From positions 2,925 to 66,924 of the forward strand of contig CANRED010000004.1 of the NCBI GenBank assembly GCA_947629555.1: a DNA stretch of 64,000 bases. Direction: 5' to 3'. Shown piece by piece: positions 49,796 to 60,756 of the stretch. The notes under the pieces are model-generated. The model worked only from the letters and a program-made list of their open reading frames with translations, ran no database searches and was not told the origin of the DNA. This DNA is from an uncultured Clostridia bacterium (lineage in GTDB: Bacteria; Bacillota; Clostridia; TANB77; CAG-508). Made by a program: the position numbers and the translations under genes. Every line of letters begins with the position of its first letter. Positions within the stretch are counted from its first letter, which is position 1.

Positions 49796-52396
49796 TTACT
49801 TTATTTTATCCTTTATTTTTACTAATATATTTAGAGCATCTATTGGCGTTAATTCATTCAAGTTTATTTTATCTATTTCATGTGCAACCTCTGCAATTTT
49901 ATAATTGTACATATCTAATTGGCCAGATACTTCTTTTTTGTTCTCTTTTTCTACATTTTTACTTTTTCTTTCCAAAGACATTAATATTTCTTTTGCTCTC
50001 GATACTGTTTCTTGAGGTACACCTGCAAGTTTTGCTACATGTATTCCATAACTTTCGTCTGTTCCACCTCTTAATATTTTTCTTAAGAATATAACGTCTT
50101 CTCCTTTTTCTTTTACTGCAATAGAATAATTTTTAACTCCTTCAATTTTTTCCTCTAATTGTGTAAGTTCATGGTAGTGAGTTGCAAATAAAGTTTTTGC
50201 GCCACACTTTTCTTTATTTGCTATATATTCAACAACTGCCCAAGCAATAGATAATCCATCATAAGTTGAAGTACCTCTTCCTATTTCGTCTAATATTATT
50301 AAACTTTTTCTTGTAGCATTTTGTAAAATTGATGCAACTTCCATCATTTCTACCATAAAAGTACTTTGACCCATACTTAAATCGTCTGATGCTCCAACCC
50401 TTGTAAATACCTTATCTACTACACCAATTCTTGCATAACTTGCAGGTACAAATGAGCCAATTTGCGCCATTATTGTAATTAATGCAACTTGTCTCATATA
50501 AGTAGATTTTCCTGCCATATTAGGTCCTGTTATGATAGATAATCTGTCATCACCTTGATTTAAATATGTATCGTTTTCTACAAAGCTTCCTGTTGGTAAC
50601 ATTTTTGCTATTACAGGATGTTTACCATCTTTTATATCAATTTCTCCGCTATCATCTACTATTGGTTTTACATATCCGTTATCATCTGCAACAGTTGCAA
50701 ATGATGATAGTACATCTAGTATAGATACTATGTTTGCAGATTTTTGTATTCTTTCTATTTGGCTTGCAATTTTGTTTCTTATTTCTATAAATATGTCATA
50801 TTCTAATTTGACAATTTTTTCTTCTGCACCAAGTATTTCGCTTTCTAGTTTTTTTAGTTCCTCTGTAACAAACCTTTCTCCAGTAGTTAGAGTTTGCTTT
50901 CTAATATATCTTTCTGGTGCCAAATTAACATTTGATTTAGATATTTCTATATAATATCCAAAAACTTTGTTAAAACCTACTTTTAAATTTTTTATTCCCG
51001 TTTCTTGCTTTTCTTTTGCTTCTAGTTGTACCAGCCAATTTTTACCTTCTGTCATTGCTTTTTTGTATTTATCTACTTCTTCATTATATCCTAATTTTAT
51101 TATTCCACCTTCTGTTATTGTAAGTGGAGGCTCTTCTACTATTGCTGCCTCTAACAAATTATATATATCATCTAATACATCTAAATTCAAATATAAATTT
51201 TGTAATAATTCTGTTTTAGTTCTAGCTAATACACTTTTTAATTCTGGTAACTGCTTTAGTGAATTTTTTAGTGAAATCATATCTCTTGCATTTGCATTTC
51301 CATAAGAAATTTTTCCTACTAATCTTTCTATGTCATAAACTTTTTTTAAAGCAGTTATAACATCTCCTCTTAAAATTAAACTATTCTTTAATTCCTCTGT
51401 TGCGTTTAATCTTTTATTTAATTCTGTAATGTCTATTAATGGCTCATTAATCCATCTTCTAATAAGTCTTCCGCCCATTGAAGTTGAGGTCTTATCTAAT
51501 ACCCATAGTAAAGTTCCCTTTTTACTGCCATCTCTCATTTTTTCTGTTAACTCTAAATTTCTTCTAGCACTTATATCTAAAGTCATGTATTTTGTAGTTT
51601 CATATAATTTTATTGTATTTATATGTTCTAATTTAACTTTCTGTGTTTGCAATAAATATGCCATTAATCCGTTTACTGCACAAACTTCAAATAATCTATC
51701 TTCTAAATTTTCTATTTTTTTATTTGAATCATTTATAAAAGTATAACTATTCTCTGTTTGTTTATAATCATCTGAAAATGCTTCTTCGCCATAATTTGTT
51801 ATATATGAATTAAATCTTTCTTTTATTTTGCTAATCTCTTCTGTTGTATTATAAAGAATTGTATTTACTATTATTTCTGCAGGTGAATATTTAGATATTT
51901 CATCTATAAGTTTTGCAAAATTGTTTGTATCTTTTATTTGTGTTGCAAAACAGTCTCCTGTTGTTACATCACAAACTGCTAGTCCAAAATATATTCCCTT
52001 TTTAAATATGCTCATTATATAATTATTCTTTTTTTCGTCCAAGCAATTAGATTCGGTAACTGTTCCTGGTGTTACTACTCTTATAACATCTCTTTTTACT
52101 ATGCCTTTACATTCTTTTGGATCTTCTAATTGTTCACAAATTGCAACTTTATATCCTTTTTCTATTAGTTTTGATATATAACTTTCAGCAGCATGAAAAG
52201 GAACTCCACACATTGGTGCTCTTTCTTCTTGTCCACAATCTCTACCAGTTAATGTAATTTCTAATTCTCTTGATGCTGTTATAGCATCATCAAAAAACAT
52301 TTCATAGAAATCGCCTAATCTGTAAAATACTATGCAATCTTTATATTGTTCTTTAATTTCTAAATAATGCTGCATCATAGGTGAAAATTCTGCCAT
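49796..52396 (-). CDS. mutS: DNA mismatch repair protein MutS
   Basis: MAEFSPMMQHYLEIKEQYKDCIVFYRLGDFYEMFFDDA is the N-terminus. Walker A is GPNMAGKST. The protein is 866 aa. Confidence 0.95.
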   Translation of the reverse strand: MAEFSPMMQHYLEIKEQYKDCIVFYRLGDFYEMFFDDAITASRELEITLTGRDCGQEERAPMCGVPFHAAESYISKLIEKGYKVAICEQLEDPKECKGIVKRDVIRVVTPGTVTESNCLDEKKNNYIMSIFKKGIYFGLAVCDVTTGDCFATQIKDTNNFAKLIDEISKYSPAEIIVNTILYNTTEEISKIKERFNSYITNYGEEAFSDDYKQTENSYTFINDSNKKIENLEDRLFEVCAVNGLMAYLLQTQKVKLEHINTIKLYETTKYMTLDISARRNLELTEKMRDGSKKGTLLWVLDKTSTSMGGRLIRRWINEPLIDITELNKRLNATEELKNSLILRGDVITALKKVYDIERLVGKISYGNANARDMISLKNSLKQLPELKSVLARTKTELLQNLYLNLDVLDDIYNLLEAAIVEEPPLTITEGGIIKLGYNEEVDKYKKAMTEGKNWLVQLEAKEKQETGIKNLKVGFNKVFGYYIEISKSNVNLAPERYIRKQTLTTGERFVTEELKKLESEILGAEEKIVKLEYDIFIEIRNKIASQIERIQKSANIVSILDVLSSFATVADDNGYVKPIVDDSGEIDIKDGKHPVIAKMLPTGSFVENDTYLNQGDDRLSIITGPNMAGKSTYMRQVALITIMAQIGSFVPASYARIGVVDKVFTRVGASDDLSMGQSTFMVEMMEVASILQNATRKSLIILDEIGRGTSTYDGLSIAWAVVEYIANKEKCGAKTLFATHYHELTQLEEKIEGVKNYSIAVKEKGEDVIFLRKILRGGTDESYGIHVAKLAGVPQETVSRAKEILMSLERKSKNVEKENKKEVSGQLDMYNYKIAEVAHEIDKINLNELTPIDALNILVKIKDKIK

Positions 52397-52527
52397 TTTT
52401 TATCACATCCTTCCTAGAATTCAAAAAGAATTAGTATATTGCAAGGCAAAATTTGTTTGAAATACCGGAGACGTACAGGTGGTACGCTGAGGATTTTCAA
52501 GCAAATTTTAACACAGCAAGATGCTAA

Positions 52528-53925
52528 TTATTTTTGAATTCTGCCTTTTAGAAACCACACATGTTGTGAAACAATCTTTACATCTACAAGTTTACCTATA
52601 AGGCTTTCATCTCCATCTAATATAACTACTTTATTTGTACTTGTTCTTGCTGTTAAAGTATTTTCATTATTCTTGCTTTTTCCTTCTATTAATACTGTTT
52701 GTACTGTTCCAATATATTTCTTATTATTTTCTTCAATTTGTTGTTCAAATAATGCCTTTAATCTATCAAATCTTTCATGTTTTATTTCTTCTGGAATTTG
52801 ATTTTCCATTCTATCTGCTGGTGTTCCAACTCTTCTTGAATATATAAACATAAATATTTGTTCAAAATTAACTTTTCTTACTACGTCTAGTGTATCTTCA
52901 AAATCTTCTTCCGTTTCTTCTGGAAAACCAACTATTATATCTGTAGAAAAAACTACTTCTGGAATTTCTTTTTTTATTTTTTCTGCTAATTCTATAAATT
53001 GCTCTTTTGTATATTTTCTATTCATTTTCTTTAAAACAGCAGTACTTCCAGATTGTAATGGTAAGTGCAATATTCTTGATACTTTTTTGCAACCTTTTAT
53101 AGCCTGTATAACATCAGCTTTAAAATCTTTTGGGTGAGGAGAAACAAATCGTATTATTTCTATTCCATCTATATCATTTACATCTCTTAGTAAATTAGCA
53201 AAATTATATTCCTTACCATTTACTATTCCACCATTATATGAATTTACATTTTGCCCTAATAAAGTTATTTCCTTATATCCTTCATCTGCTAATTGTTTTA
53301 TTTCTTTTAATATATCTTCAGGTTTTCTGCTTCTTTCTCTTCCTCTTACATAAGGCACTATACAATAAGTACAGAAATTATTGCAACCATACATTATGGT
53401 AACAGACGCCTTTTTATCATCATTTCTCTTTATTGGTAATCCTTCAAAAACTTCTCCATCTATATCTAAAATATCCTGTACCTTTTTTTGTTTGTTTAAA
53501 ATTTTATATATATCCTCTGGTAATTTATGTAATGTGTGTGTTCCAAAAATTATATCCACATAAGGATAACTTTTGTTTAGCTTTTCTATAATATGTTTTT
53601 CTTGCATCATACAACCGCCAATAGCAATAATAGCATTATTCTTCTCTTTTATTTTTTTATATTCGCCAAGTTTACCAAATAATTTTTCCTCTGCATTTTC
53701 TCTAACGCAACAAGTATTCATTATTATAAAATCTGCTAAATTTATATCTTCTGTTTTTTCATAATTCATTTCTTCTAGCATACCACAAAGTTTTTCTGAA
53801 TCATTTTCGTTTAATTGGCAACCCATTGTTAATATGTAATACTTTAATTTTTTAGTATTTAATTCTTTAACTTTATTCATATATTCTTTTTGTAATTCCA
53901 CTTCTGCATTATTCAACAATATCAT
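52528..53925 (-). CDS. miaB: tRNA-2-methylthio-N6-dimethylallyladenosine synthase (radical SAM methylthiotransferase)
   Basis: The MTTase N-terminal Cys triad (YYILTMGCQLN...C...C), the radical-SAM motif CNNFCTYC and a C-terminal TRAM domain are present. It lies upstream of mutS. The true start may be an internal Met. Confidence 0.85.
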   Translation of the reverse strand: MILLNNAEVELQKEYMNKVKELNTKKLKYYILTMGCQLNENDSEKLCGMLEEMNYEKTEDINLADFIIMNTCCVRENAEEKLFGKLGEYKKIKEKNNAIIAIGGCMMQEKHIIEKLNKSYPYVDIIFGTHTLHKLPEDIYKILNKQKKVQDILDIDGEVFEGLPIKRNDDKKASVTIMYGCNNFCTYCIVPYVRGRERSRKPEDILKEIKQLADEGYKEITLLGQNVNSYNGGIVNGKEYNFANLLRDVNDIDGIEIIRFVSPHPKDFKADVIQAIKGCKKVSRILHLPLQSGSTAVLKKMNRKYTKEQFIELAEKIKKEIPEVVFSTDIIVGFPEETEEDFEDTLDVVRKVNFEQIFMFIYSRRVGTPADRMENQIPEEIKHERFDRLKALFEQQIEENNKKYIGTVQTVLIEGKSKNNENTLTARTSTNKVVILDGDESLIGKLVDVKIVSQHVWFLKGRIQK

Positions 53926-54144
53926 TCCTTTTCCTTTAATATCTAAATTATTTTATTATATTTAGACATTTTTTGCAATGGATTAGGTGAAAAAATTTGG
54001 GTTGAACATCATGTAATCTTATAAAATATATACATTTAATTTCGTATTATGTATAATTAAATAAAATATTGAAATTTAAAAAATTGTTCATTTTTTTGTA
54101 ACGAATGTAAATTATAGTCGTCTATATATATGAAAGGAGGAAAA

Positions 54145-54633
54145 ATGCAGGAAATTTATGAAAAGTATTCAAAACTAATATATAATTATTTAGTTTCATT
54201 AACTAAAAATTCAGAAATATCTCAAGAACTGATGCAAGAAACATTTTATAGTGCTATTAAAAACATAAATAAATTTAAAGACGAATCCTCCATAAAAACA
54301 TGGCTTTTTAAAATTGCTCAAAACAAGTGGAAAGATTATATAAAATCTTCTAATAATAAACAAGCAATTCAATTAGACGAAAATGCAGAAAATACAGTTA
54401 TAGCACCATCTTTCGAAAATAATCTGCTTGAAAAAGAAGAGTTAATCTGTCTGTACAAATTTATACATACATTAGACGAAAATACTAAAGAAGTTATATA
54501 TTTAAAACTTAAATCTGACTTTAGCTTTAAAGAAATAGGAAATATTTTAGGAAAATCTGAAGAATGGGCAAGAGTTACCTTTTATAGAGGAAAACAAAAA
54601 TTAAAGGAGGAATTTAAAAATGAAGGATTTTGA
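54145..54633 (+). CDS. ECF-type RNA polymerase sigma factor (sigma-70 regions 2 and 4)
   Basis: Region 2 is QETFYSAIKNINKF...WLFKIAQNKWKD. Region 4 is LKSDFSFKEIGNILGKSEEWARVTFYRGKQKLKE. An RBS GGAGG precedes the ATG at 54145. Confidence 0.8.
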   Translation: MQEIYEKYSKLIYNYLVSLTKNSEISQELMQETFYSAIKNINKFKDESSIKTWLFKIAQNKWKDYIKSSNNKQAIQLDENAENTVIAPSFENNLLEKEELICLYKFIHTLDENTKEVIYLKLKSDFSFKEIGNILGKSEEWARVTFYRGKQKLKEEFKNEGF

Positions 54634-55447
54634 AGAAGATAAAAATTTGCGAGAACAAGTTCAAACAGGAATTGAAAATAGTATTGAGTTAAATCATTTA
54701 AAGAAAGTTCATAAAAAAATGAATTTATTGCGTAATATCATAATTTCTATAATATCTATTATTGCTATTGTTTTGTTAATTTTATTTATTAGGTACAATA
54801 GGGTTAACAGTATTTTGAATAAAGCATATAGGCATATTAAACAAATGGCTAATAGTGGCAATTATATATTAACTACTACACAGCATTACTTTTATTATAA
54901 AGAAAATAAAACAATAGACGCTGAATATAAGTATTTTTATAAAGATGGAAAGTATAAATTAGAAGATACTGTAACAGATGATAATGATTATAAAGAAATA
55001 CCTCAATCAAATACATGCTATTATAAAGATAATTCATCAGAAGAAATTACTATTTTTCACAATTTAAAATTAATACAATCAAGTAAAAATTTCTATGAAT
55101 ATATAAAAGGAGATCGTTTTTTTAAAACATTTCATTTTGTTACAGATTCTATTAGACTTAAAAATTCTTATAAAGGTTTATATATTCTTGAGTGTGCGAC
55201 ATATAATATAAGAACCGATTATTTTAATGGTGAAGAATGCTATGTCTTAAAATCAACATATAACAGTAATGGATATGACGAATTCTGGTTTTCAAAAGAA
55301 AATTATTTTATGGTTAGAACAATACAATCATATGATTCATATTATAGCGAACATACTTATAGTTTAGTTTTTGATCAAGTAACTGATGAAGATGTAGATT
55401 CTTCAAATATTAAAAACATTTATAGCGATTATGATATAAAATTTTAG
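54620..55447 (+). CDS. Putative single-pass anti-sigma factor (overlaps the sigma gene)
   Basis: It overlaps the sigma gene by 14 nt. It has a short cytoplasmic N-terminus, one TM segment (IIISIISIIAIVLLILFI) and a ~200-aa extracytoplasmic Tyr/Asn-rich domain. Confidence 0.55.
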   Translation: MKDFEEDKNLREQVQTGIENSIELNHLKKVHKKMNLLRNIIISIISIIAIVLLILFIRYNRVNSILNKAYRHIKQMANSGNYILTTTQHYFYYKENKTIDAEYKYFYKDGKYKLEDTVTDDNDYKEIPQSNTCYYKDNSSEEITIFHNLKLIQSSKNFYEYIKGDRFFKTFHFVTDSIRLKNSYKGLYILECATYNIRTDYFNGEECYVLKSTYNSNGYDEFWFSKENYFMVRTIQSYDSYYSEHTYSLVFDQVTDEDVDSSNIKNIYSDYDIKF

Positions 55448-55454
55448 GTAAAAA

Positions 55455-55495
55455 ATGGGTTGCTTGACCCTAAGCGACCCCTACAGCTTGCATCG
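55455..55495 (+). repeat. GC hairpin / CCCTACA element
   Basis: gggttgcttgaccctaagcgacccctacagcttgcat is the same subfamily as 1921-1957. Confidence 0.6.
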
Positions 55496-55559
55496 ATTTT
55501 TCTATATAAAAATAAATGCTTTTGAGGTATACCTCAAAAGCATTTTAAATTATTATTTA

Positions 55560-57812
55560 TTAAATACACCTTGCATTATATTCATTTACTATTATTTTTC
55601 TAACTTCTACATTTTCTTCATTTTCAAGATACATATTAGTTTTAAATTCATCTTTTTTTACTTGTTCAAATTCATACATACTATTTTTTAATAGAACAGT
55701 TTGTTCTTCATTCATTCCTTCTGGTAAAGTTTTATTAAAGTTGTCGTAAAAAATTATATTTGTATTATATAATATTGGCATATTTTCTTGTATGTTTACT
55801 TTGTATACTGATATTTCTTTAGGAGCTTCTTTACAATTTCTTAATGCATCTTCTAAGTTTATATAGTATTTTCCATATTCTTTTTCTAGTATCGTTTCTG
55901 CATCTGCTACTACATATATACTCATATCATAATTAGATTTTATTTTCTTAAAGCTTTCATTTAAATTATTTTTTATTTCGTTAATTTTATTTGTATATTC
56001 TTCTAAAGTAGTATTCTTTGTTATACTAAGTATTTTTAGTTTGTCTTTTTTATTTTCTCTATGTTTTTGATTTCCTAAATTCTTTATTTTTGATATATTA
56101 TCTTCTATGTTTCCAAATATATCATAATCTTGAAAATTATATACTTTCATATTTTCTTCTTGCTCTTGTTTTAACGTATTTAAAGATTCTTCTGCTAAAC
56201 CTATATTGTTTATTACATCTATAAGTTCCGTTGTTGCTATATATGCACTATCTTGTTCTATTTTAGATAGTTTAATTCTTTGTGTTTTATCCATTCCATA
56301 AGCCAAATCTTCAAAATCGAATTCATATTTAAATACCTTTTTTATTTGTTTTTTGCTTGTATCAGTTTTAGAAGTTCCCATTTCTAAGGCTTTTAACTCA
56401 TCTTTGTTTGCAAATTTCCAAAAATCAAAAATACTTTTTTTGTGCTTATCTATTTCTTCTATATATAATGTTGCATTTTTTACTTTTAGTTCTAAATTAT
56501 TTATTTTATTTTTCAATGCGTCAATATCTAATTTTAAGTTGTTTAACTCTTTTGTTTTTTTATCTGTTTGATAATATAAAGTTACTAAATCTTCTATTGT
56601 ATAATAATTTTTATTACTTAGGTTTTCTAATGTATCTTGAGAAGCGGTATTGTCATTTTCTACAGCTTCTATTGTATTAGTTGTAGGTTGTTTAGTTAGC
56701 TTTTTGTGTTTAAAGAAGTATTTTACTTTTCCAAAGAAGGTCTTTTTACATTCCAAATATACTGCAATTTGCCTTTGTTTATCTAGATACTCGTTTTCTT
56801 TTTCCTTTGCAATACCCTTTAATTTTGTTAATTCTTCTTGATTTTTCGTAATTTCTTTTTCTTGCACTGAAGTTTGTTTTTCTAAATTAATATATTCATT
56901 TTCTATAAATTTAGATAAATTATCATATTGAATTTTTGTATTATTATAATAAAACTCTAGCTCACTTTTAGAATTAATTTTAGTTTTGAATTTATAATGC
57001 ATAGATAACTCTGTTTGCAAAATAAATAATGCTTTTATATATTGATAAAATGTGAATGCATCTTCTTTGGTAGTTAAAGTTATTTTATATTTGCTTTTTA
57101 TATTTTCATATACATTAGTTTGTCCTACTATTTGTAAGCTCAAATTATTATTTTTATCATATATTTCGTATATATTGGTCCAATCTTTAGTAAATAGCCA
57201 TAAGTAATTTTCTATATCTTTAATTTCAGATTTTTTTAAATATTTTTCTGAGTAATCTACATAATTAATAGGTACAAATATTTGTGGTACTTTTTTTGAT
57301 TTACCTTTAAAAAATTCTATTTGCATTTTTAAAAGTAAAAATAATTTATCATATTCAGTATCTTCACTTGTTATCATCATAAAATATTGATTTAAAGCTT
57401 CAGAATAATATATTTGCCAAGCATAACTTTTATCGTATTTTACATCAAAAGGTATTTTTTTATCTAATATTTTCTGTTCACTTTCTGCAAGTTCAATTTC
57501 TTCTATTGTAACCTGCTTTAACATAGAAAGAAATTTAGCATGTCTTTCTATATTTTCTTCACTATTTGGCTCTAAATAAGCCCCTATTGGAGCAGCCTTT
57601 GCATACTTTTCTTCAATATCATCTAATCTATTTTTTGGGGTTATTAATATTTGTATTTTATCTATTGGAATATATCTATATACAATATGTTTATTATCCT
57701 CTTTTGTTTTAGAAGGTCTAAAGTCTAGAGGTGTAAAATCTTTTAGAAAAGTTGGTATATTCATTAAATCTAATCCGATATATTTTAATTTTTCTTCTAT
57801 TGTATTTGACAT
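55560..57812 (-). CDS. Large (750 aa) Lys-rich coiled-coil hypothetical protein
   Basis: A long ORF with extensive predicted coiled coils, no TM segment and no recognisable catalytic motif. Confidence 0.5.
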   Translation of the reverse strand: MSNTIEEKLKYIGLDLMNIPTFLKDFTPLDFRPSKTKEDNKHIVYRYIPIDKIQILITPKNRLDDIEEKYAKAAPIGAYLEPNSEENIERHAKFLSMLKQVTIEEIELAESEQKILDKKIPFDVKYDKSYAWQIYYSEALNQYFMMITSEDTEYDKLFLLLKMQIEFFKGKSKKVPQIFVPINYVDYSEKYLKKSEIKDIENYLWLFTKDWTNIYEIYDKNNNLSLQIVGQTNVYENIKSKYKITLTTKEDAFTFYQYIKALFILQTELSMHYKFKTKINSKSELEFYYNNTKIQYDNLSKFIENEYINLEKQTSVQEKEITKNQEELTKLKGIAKEKENEYLDKQRQIAVYLECKKTFFGKVKYFFKHKKLTKQPTTNTIEAVENDNTASQDTLENLSNKNYYTIEDLVTLYYQTDKKTKELNNLKLDIDALKNKINNLELKVKNATLYIEEIDKHKKSIFDFWKFANKDELKALEMGTSKTDTSKKQIKKVFKYEFDFEDLAYGMDKTQRIKLSKIEQDSAYIATTELIDVINNIGLAEESLNTLKQEQEENMKVYNFQDYDIFGNIEDNISKIKNLGNQKHRENKKDKLKILSITKNTTLEEYTNKINEIKNNLNESFKKIKSNYDMSIYVVADAETILEKEYGKYYINLEDALRNCKEAPKEISVYKVNIQENMPILYNTNIIFYDNFNKTLPEGMNEEQTVLLKNSMYEFEQVKKDEFKTNMYLENEENVEVRKIIVNEYNARCI

Positions 57813-57880
57813 TTAGAACCTCCTTAAAATTTTGCGAAGACACATTTTATACTCTATTTTGGGTATGCCTTCGGAGTGCG

Positions 57881-57975
57881 GAACGACGGGGGCGTCGTTC
57901 CCTACAACATTCGTAATATATTTTGTGTTTTTGGAATGTGGAACGACGTTGGTCTGTTCCCTACAACATTTGCAA
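57881..57975 (+). repeat. Two tandem GC hairpin / CCCTACA elements
   Basis: The sequences are ggaacgacgggggcgtcgttccctacaacattcg and ggaacgacgttggtctgttccctacaacatttgcaataaa. Confidence 0.6.
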
Positions 57976-57982
57976 TAAATTT

Positions 57983-60691
57983 TTATTCATTTTTGCTGGT
58001 ATTTATTTTAAATAATTTTGCTAGTTCTACTATTAATATTGGTGAGAATACAAGTATTACAACTTCAATTATGTGCATTGTTGGTAATACTGCTAAGTCA
58101 AATATTTCTCTTAAGAATGGAATAAATAGTAATACGAGCATTAATGCTGTTGAAACTACTGTTGCTAATATTAACATTTTATTATTAAATATTCCTGTTT
58201 TAAATATAGATTTTTTATTATCTCTAACATTATATACATGCACTAATTGTGATAATGCTAATACGCAAAATGCCATTGTTTGACCTATTTGTATTTTTTC
58301 TTGTTCACTTACATTTGGTGTTGAAAGTCCTATTGCAAATGCCAATAAGGTAATAGCTCCTATCATAATTCCCTGGTATATTATTCTTCTTGTCATTCCA
58401 GCTGTAAATATGCCTTTTTTAGGTTTTATTGGCTTTCTTTTCATAATGTCTTTTGCAGCAGGATCAACCGCTAATGCTAATGCAGGTAATGAATCTGTTA
58501 CTAAATTTATCCATAAAATGTGTATTGGTAATAATGGCTCTAAACCTGTAATATCTGAAATGCCAAACCATTTTGCAAGTAATGGAGTTATTAATATTGC
58601 TACAAATAATGTTATTATTTCTCCAACATTACTTGATAACAAAAATTGTATTGCTTTTAAAATATTATCATATATTCTTCTTCCTTCTTCTACTGCAGAA
58701 ACTACTGTTGCGAAATTGTCGTCTGTTAATATTACATCTGCAGCTTCTTTTGCAACATCTGTTCCAACAACTCCCATTGCACAACCTATATCTGCATTTT
58801 TTAGAGCAGGTGCATCATTAACGCCATCACCTGTCATTGCAACGATTTCGCCATTTGCCTGCCATGCTTTTACTATTCTTACTTTATGTTCAGGAGATAC
58901 TCTTGCATATACTGCATATTTTCTTACATTTCTCGTAAGCTCCTCATCTGTCATTTTTTCTAATTCTGCACCAGATATTGCCTCACTTTCATCTTGCAAT
59001 ATACCTAAGGCTTTTGCTATTGCTATTGCAGTTATTTTGTGGTCTCCTGTAATCATTACTGGCTTAATTCCTGCAGATTTACATTTTTCTACTGCCTCTT
59101 TTGCTTCAACTCTTGGTGGATCTATCATTCCCACCATACCTATATATATTAAATCTGACTCTAATTCATTTATTTCGTTTCCTTCTGGTTTATGGTCTAA
59201 TTCTTTATAAGCAAAAGCTAAAACTCTTAGTGCATTTGTTGCCATTTGCTCATTTTCTTTATTTACCTGAATTTTATAATTATCTAAATCATCCTTTATT
59301 TCTGTATTAAATAAGTATTTGTTACATCTTTTAAGTAATTCATCAACTGCACCTTTTGTATACACAATATATTTATCGTTTGATTCATGTACAGTTGTCA
59401 TTAATTTTCTCTCAGAATCAAATGGTATTTCTGCAACTCTTGGCAATTCTTCATATATTGATGGTTCAAAATCTAATTTAAAGCCCAAATCTATTAATGC
59501 TGTTTCTGTTGGGTCTCCTGTAAGTTCATTATTTGCAGATATTTGAGTATCATTACATAGCATACTCGTAAAGATTAATTTTTCCAAATCTGTATCTTGC
59601 TTTTCCATTAAGTTAGACGATACATCTACGGTTTTACCATTGTAAAATATTTTTTCTACTGTCATTTTATTTTGAGTTAATGTTCCTGTTTTATCTGAAC
59701 AAATTACTGTTGCACTACCTAAAGTTTCAACTGCAGGTAATTTCTTAACTATTGCATTTCTTTTTACCATTCTTTGAACGCCAATAGCAAGAACTATTGT
59801 AGAAACTGCTGGCAACCCTTCTGGAATTGCTGCAACTGCTAAACTAACCGCAGTCATAAACATGTGAATTGGCTCTTTTCCATATAACAAACCTACTGCA
59901 AATATTATTGCACATATAACTAACGCTGCTATTCCTAGAGTTTTACCTAATTTATCTAATTTTACTTGTAAAGGTGTTTGCGCATCTACTGTTGAACTAA
60001 TCATGTCTGCAATTTTTCCAACCTCTGTATTCATAGCAGTTTCAACAACTATTCCTTTTCCTCTACCGTACGTTACCAAACTAGAAGAAAACATCATATT
60101 AACTCTATCGCCTATCCCAATTTCTGTTTCTTCTATTGTTCCAATGTTTTTTTCAACCGGTACAGATTCTCCTGTTAATGCAGATTCTTGCACTTTTAAA
60201 TTAACGGCTTCTACTAGCCTTATATCTGCAGGTACAGAATCTCCTGTTTCTAATACTACAATATCTCCCGGCACAAGCTCTTTTGAAGGAACAACTTGCA
60301 AAGAGCCGTTTCTAATTACCTTTGCTGCATGACTACTTAATTTTTGCAATGCCTCCAAAGACTTTTCTGCTTTACTTTCTTGTGCTACACCAATAATAGC
60401 ATTTACTAGAATTACTATAAGAATTATTATAGTATCTGTTATGCCTTCTCCTTCGCTTATACCAACAATTCCAGATACTATTGCAGAAATTATAAGTACA
60501 ATTATCATAAAATCTTTAAACTGTGCTAAAAATTTTTGTAATAAACTTTTCTTTTTTCCTGCCTTTAATTCATTTAATCCATATTTTTCTTTTCTCTTTG
60601 TAAATTCTTCGTTACTTAATCCATTTTCTAAATCAGTATTTAATAATTTCTTTGTTTCTTCTATTGATTTGTTAAACCAATTTTCTGCCAC
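57983..60691 (-). CDS. Calcium-translocating P-type ATPase (P2-type, PMCA/SERCA-like)
   Basis: The phosphorylation motif DKTGTLT, TGES, the GDGVNDAPAL hinge and ten TM segments are present. The N-terminus MAENWFNKSIEETKKLLNTDLENGLS is typical. Confidence 0.9.
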   Translation of the reverse strand: MAENWFNKSIEETKKLLNTDLENGLSNEEFTKRKEKYGLNELKAGKKKSLLQKFLAQFKDFMIIVLIISAIVSGIVGISEGEGITDTIIILIVILVNAIIGVAQESKAEKSLEALQKLSSHAAKVIRNGSLQVVPSKELVPGDIVVLETGDSVPADIRLVEAVNLKVQESALTGESVPVEKNIGTIEETEIGIGDRVNMMFSSSLVTYGRGKGIVVETAMNTEVGKIADMISSTVDAQTPLQVKLDKLGKTLGIAALVICAIIFAVGLLYGKEPIHMFMTAVSLAVAAIPEGLPAVSTIVLAIGVQRMVKRNAIVKKLPAVETLGSATVICSDKTGTLTQNKMTVEKIFYNGKTVDVSSNLMEKQDTDLEKLIFTSMLCNDTQISANNELTGDPTETALIDLGFKLDFEPSIYEELPRVAEIPFDSERKLMTTVHESNDKYIVYTKGAVDELLKRCNKYLFNTEIKDDLDNYKIQVNKENEQMATNALRVLAFAYKELDHKPEGNEINELESDLIYIGMVGMIDPPRVEAKEAVEKCKSAGIKPVMITGDHKITAIAIAKALGILQDESEAISGAELEKMTDEELTRNVRKYAVYARVSPEHKVRIVKAWQANGEIVAMTGDGVNDAPALKNADIGCAMGVVGTDVAKEAADVILTDDNFATVVSAVEEGRRIYDNILKAIQFLLSSNVGEIITLFVAILITPLLAKWFGISDITGLEPLLPIHILWINLVTDSLPALALAVDPAAKDIMKRKPIKPKKGIFTAGMTRRIIYQGIMIGAITLLAFAIGLSTPNVSEQEKIQIGQTMAFCVLALSQLVHVYNVRDNKKSIFKTGIFNNKMLILATVVSTALMLVLLFIPFLREIFDLAVLPTMHIIEVVILVFSPILIVELAKLFKINTSKNE

Positions 60692-60740
60692 TAAAAAACA
60701 CTCTCCTTTATTATTAAATAAGACTATTAAAGAAATACCA

Positions 60741-60756
60741 TTGATGTAAACATCAA
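60741..60756. promoter_or_regulatory. Perfect palindrome TTGATGTAAACATCAA ~50 nt upstream of the Ca-ATPase start; candidate operator
   Basis: Two 7-bp arms are separated by 2 bp, in the 5' leader/promoter region. Confidence 0.3.

Noticed and set aside
58410-59210. A 266-aa plus-strand ORF, and many other 60-135-aa plus-strand ORFs, lie inside minus-strand genes (for example 2366..3588, 8943..9598, 25576..26080 and 62950..63357).
   Set aside because: These are antisense shadows of well-supported minus-strand genes (the Ca-ATPase, dnaE, pta and others). Their translations are low-complexity (Leu/Phe/Ile-rich) and they have no RBS.
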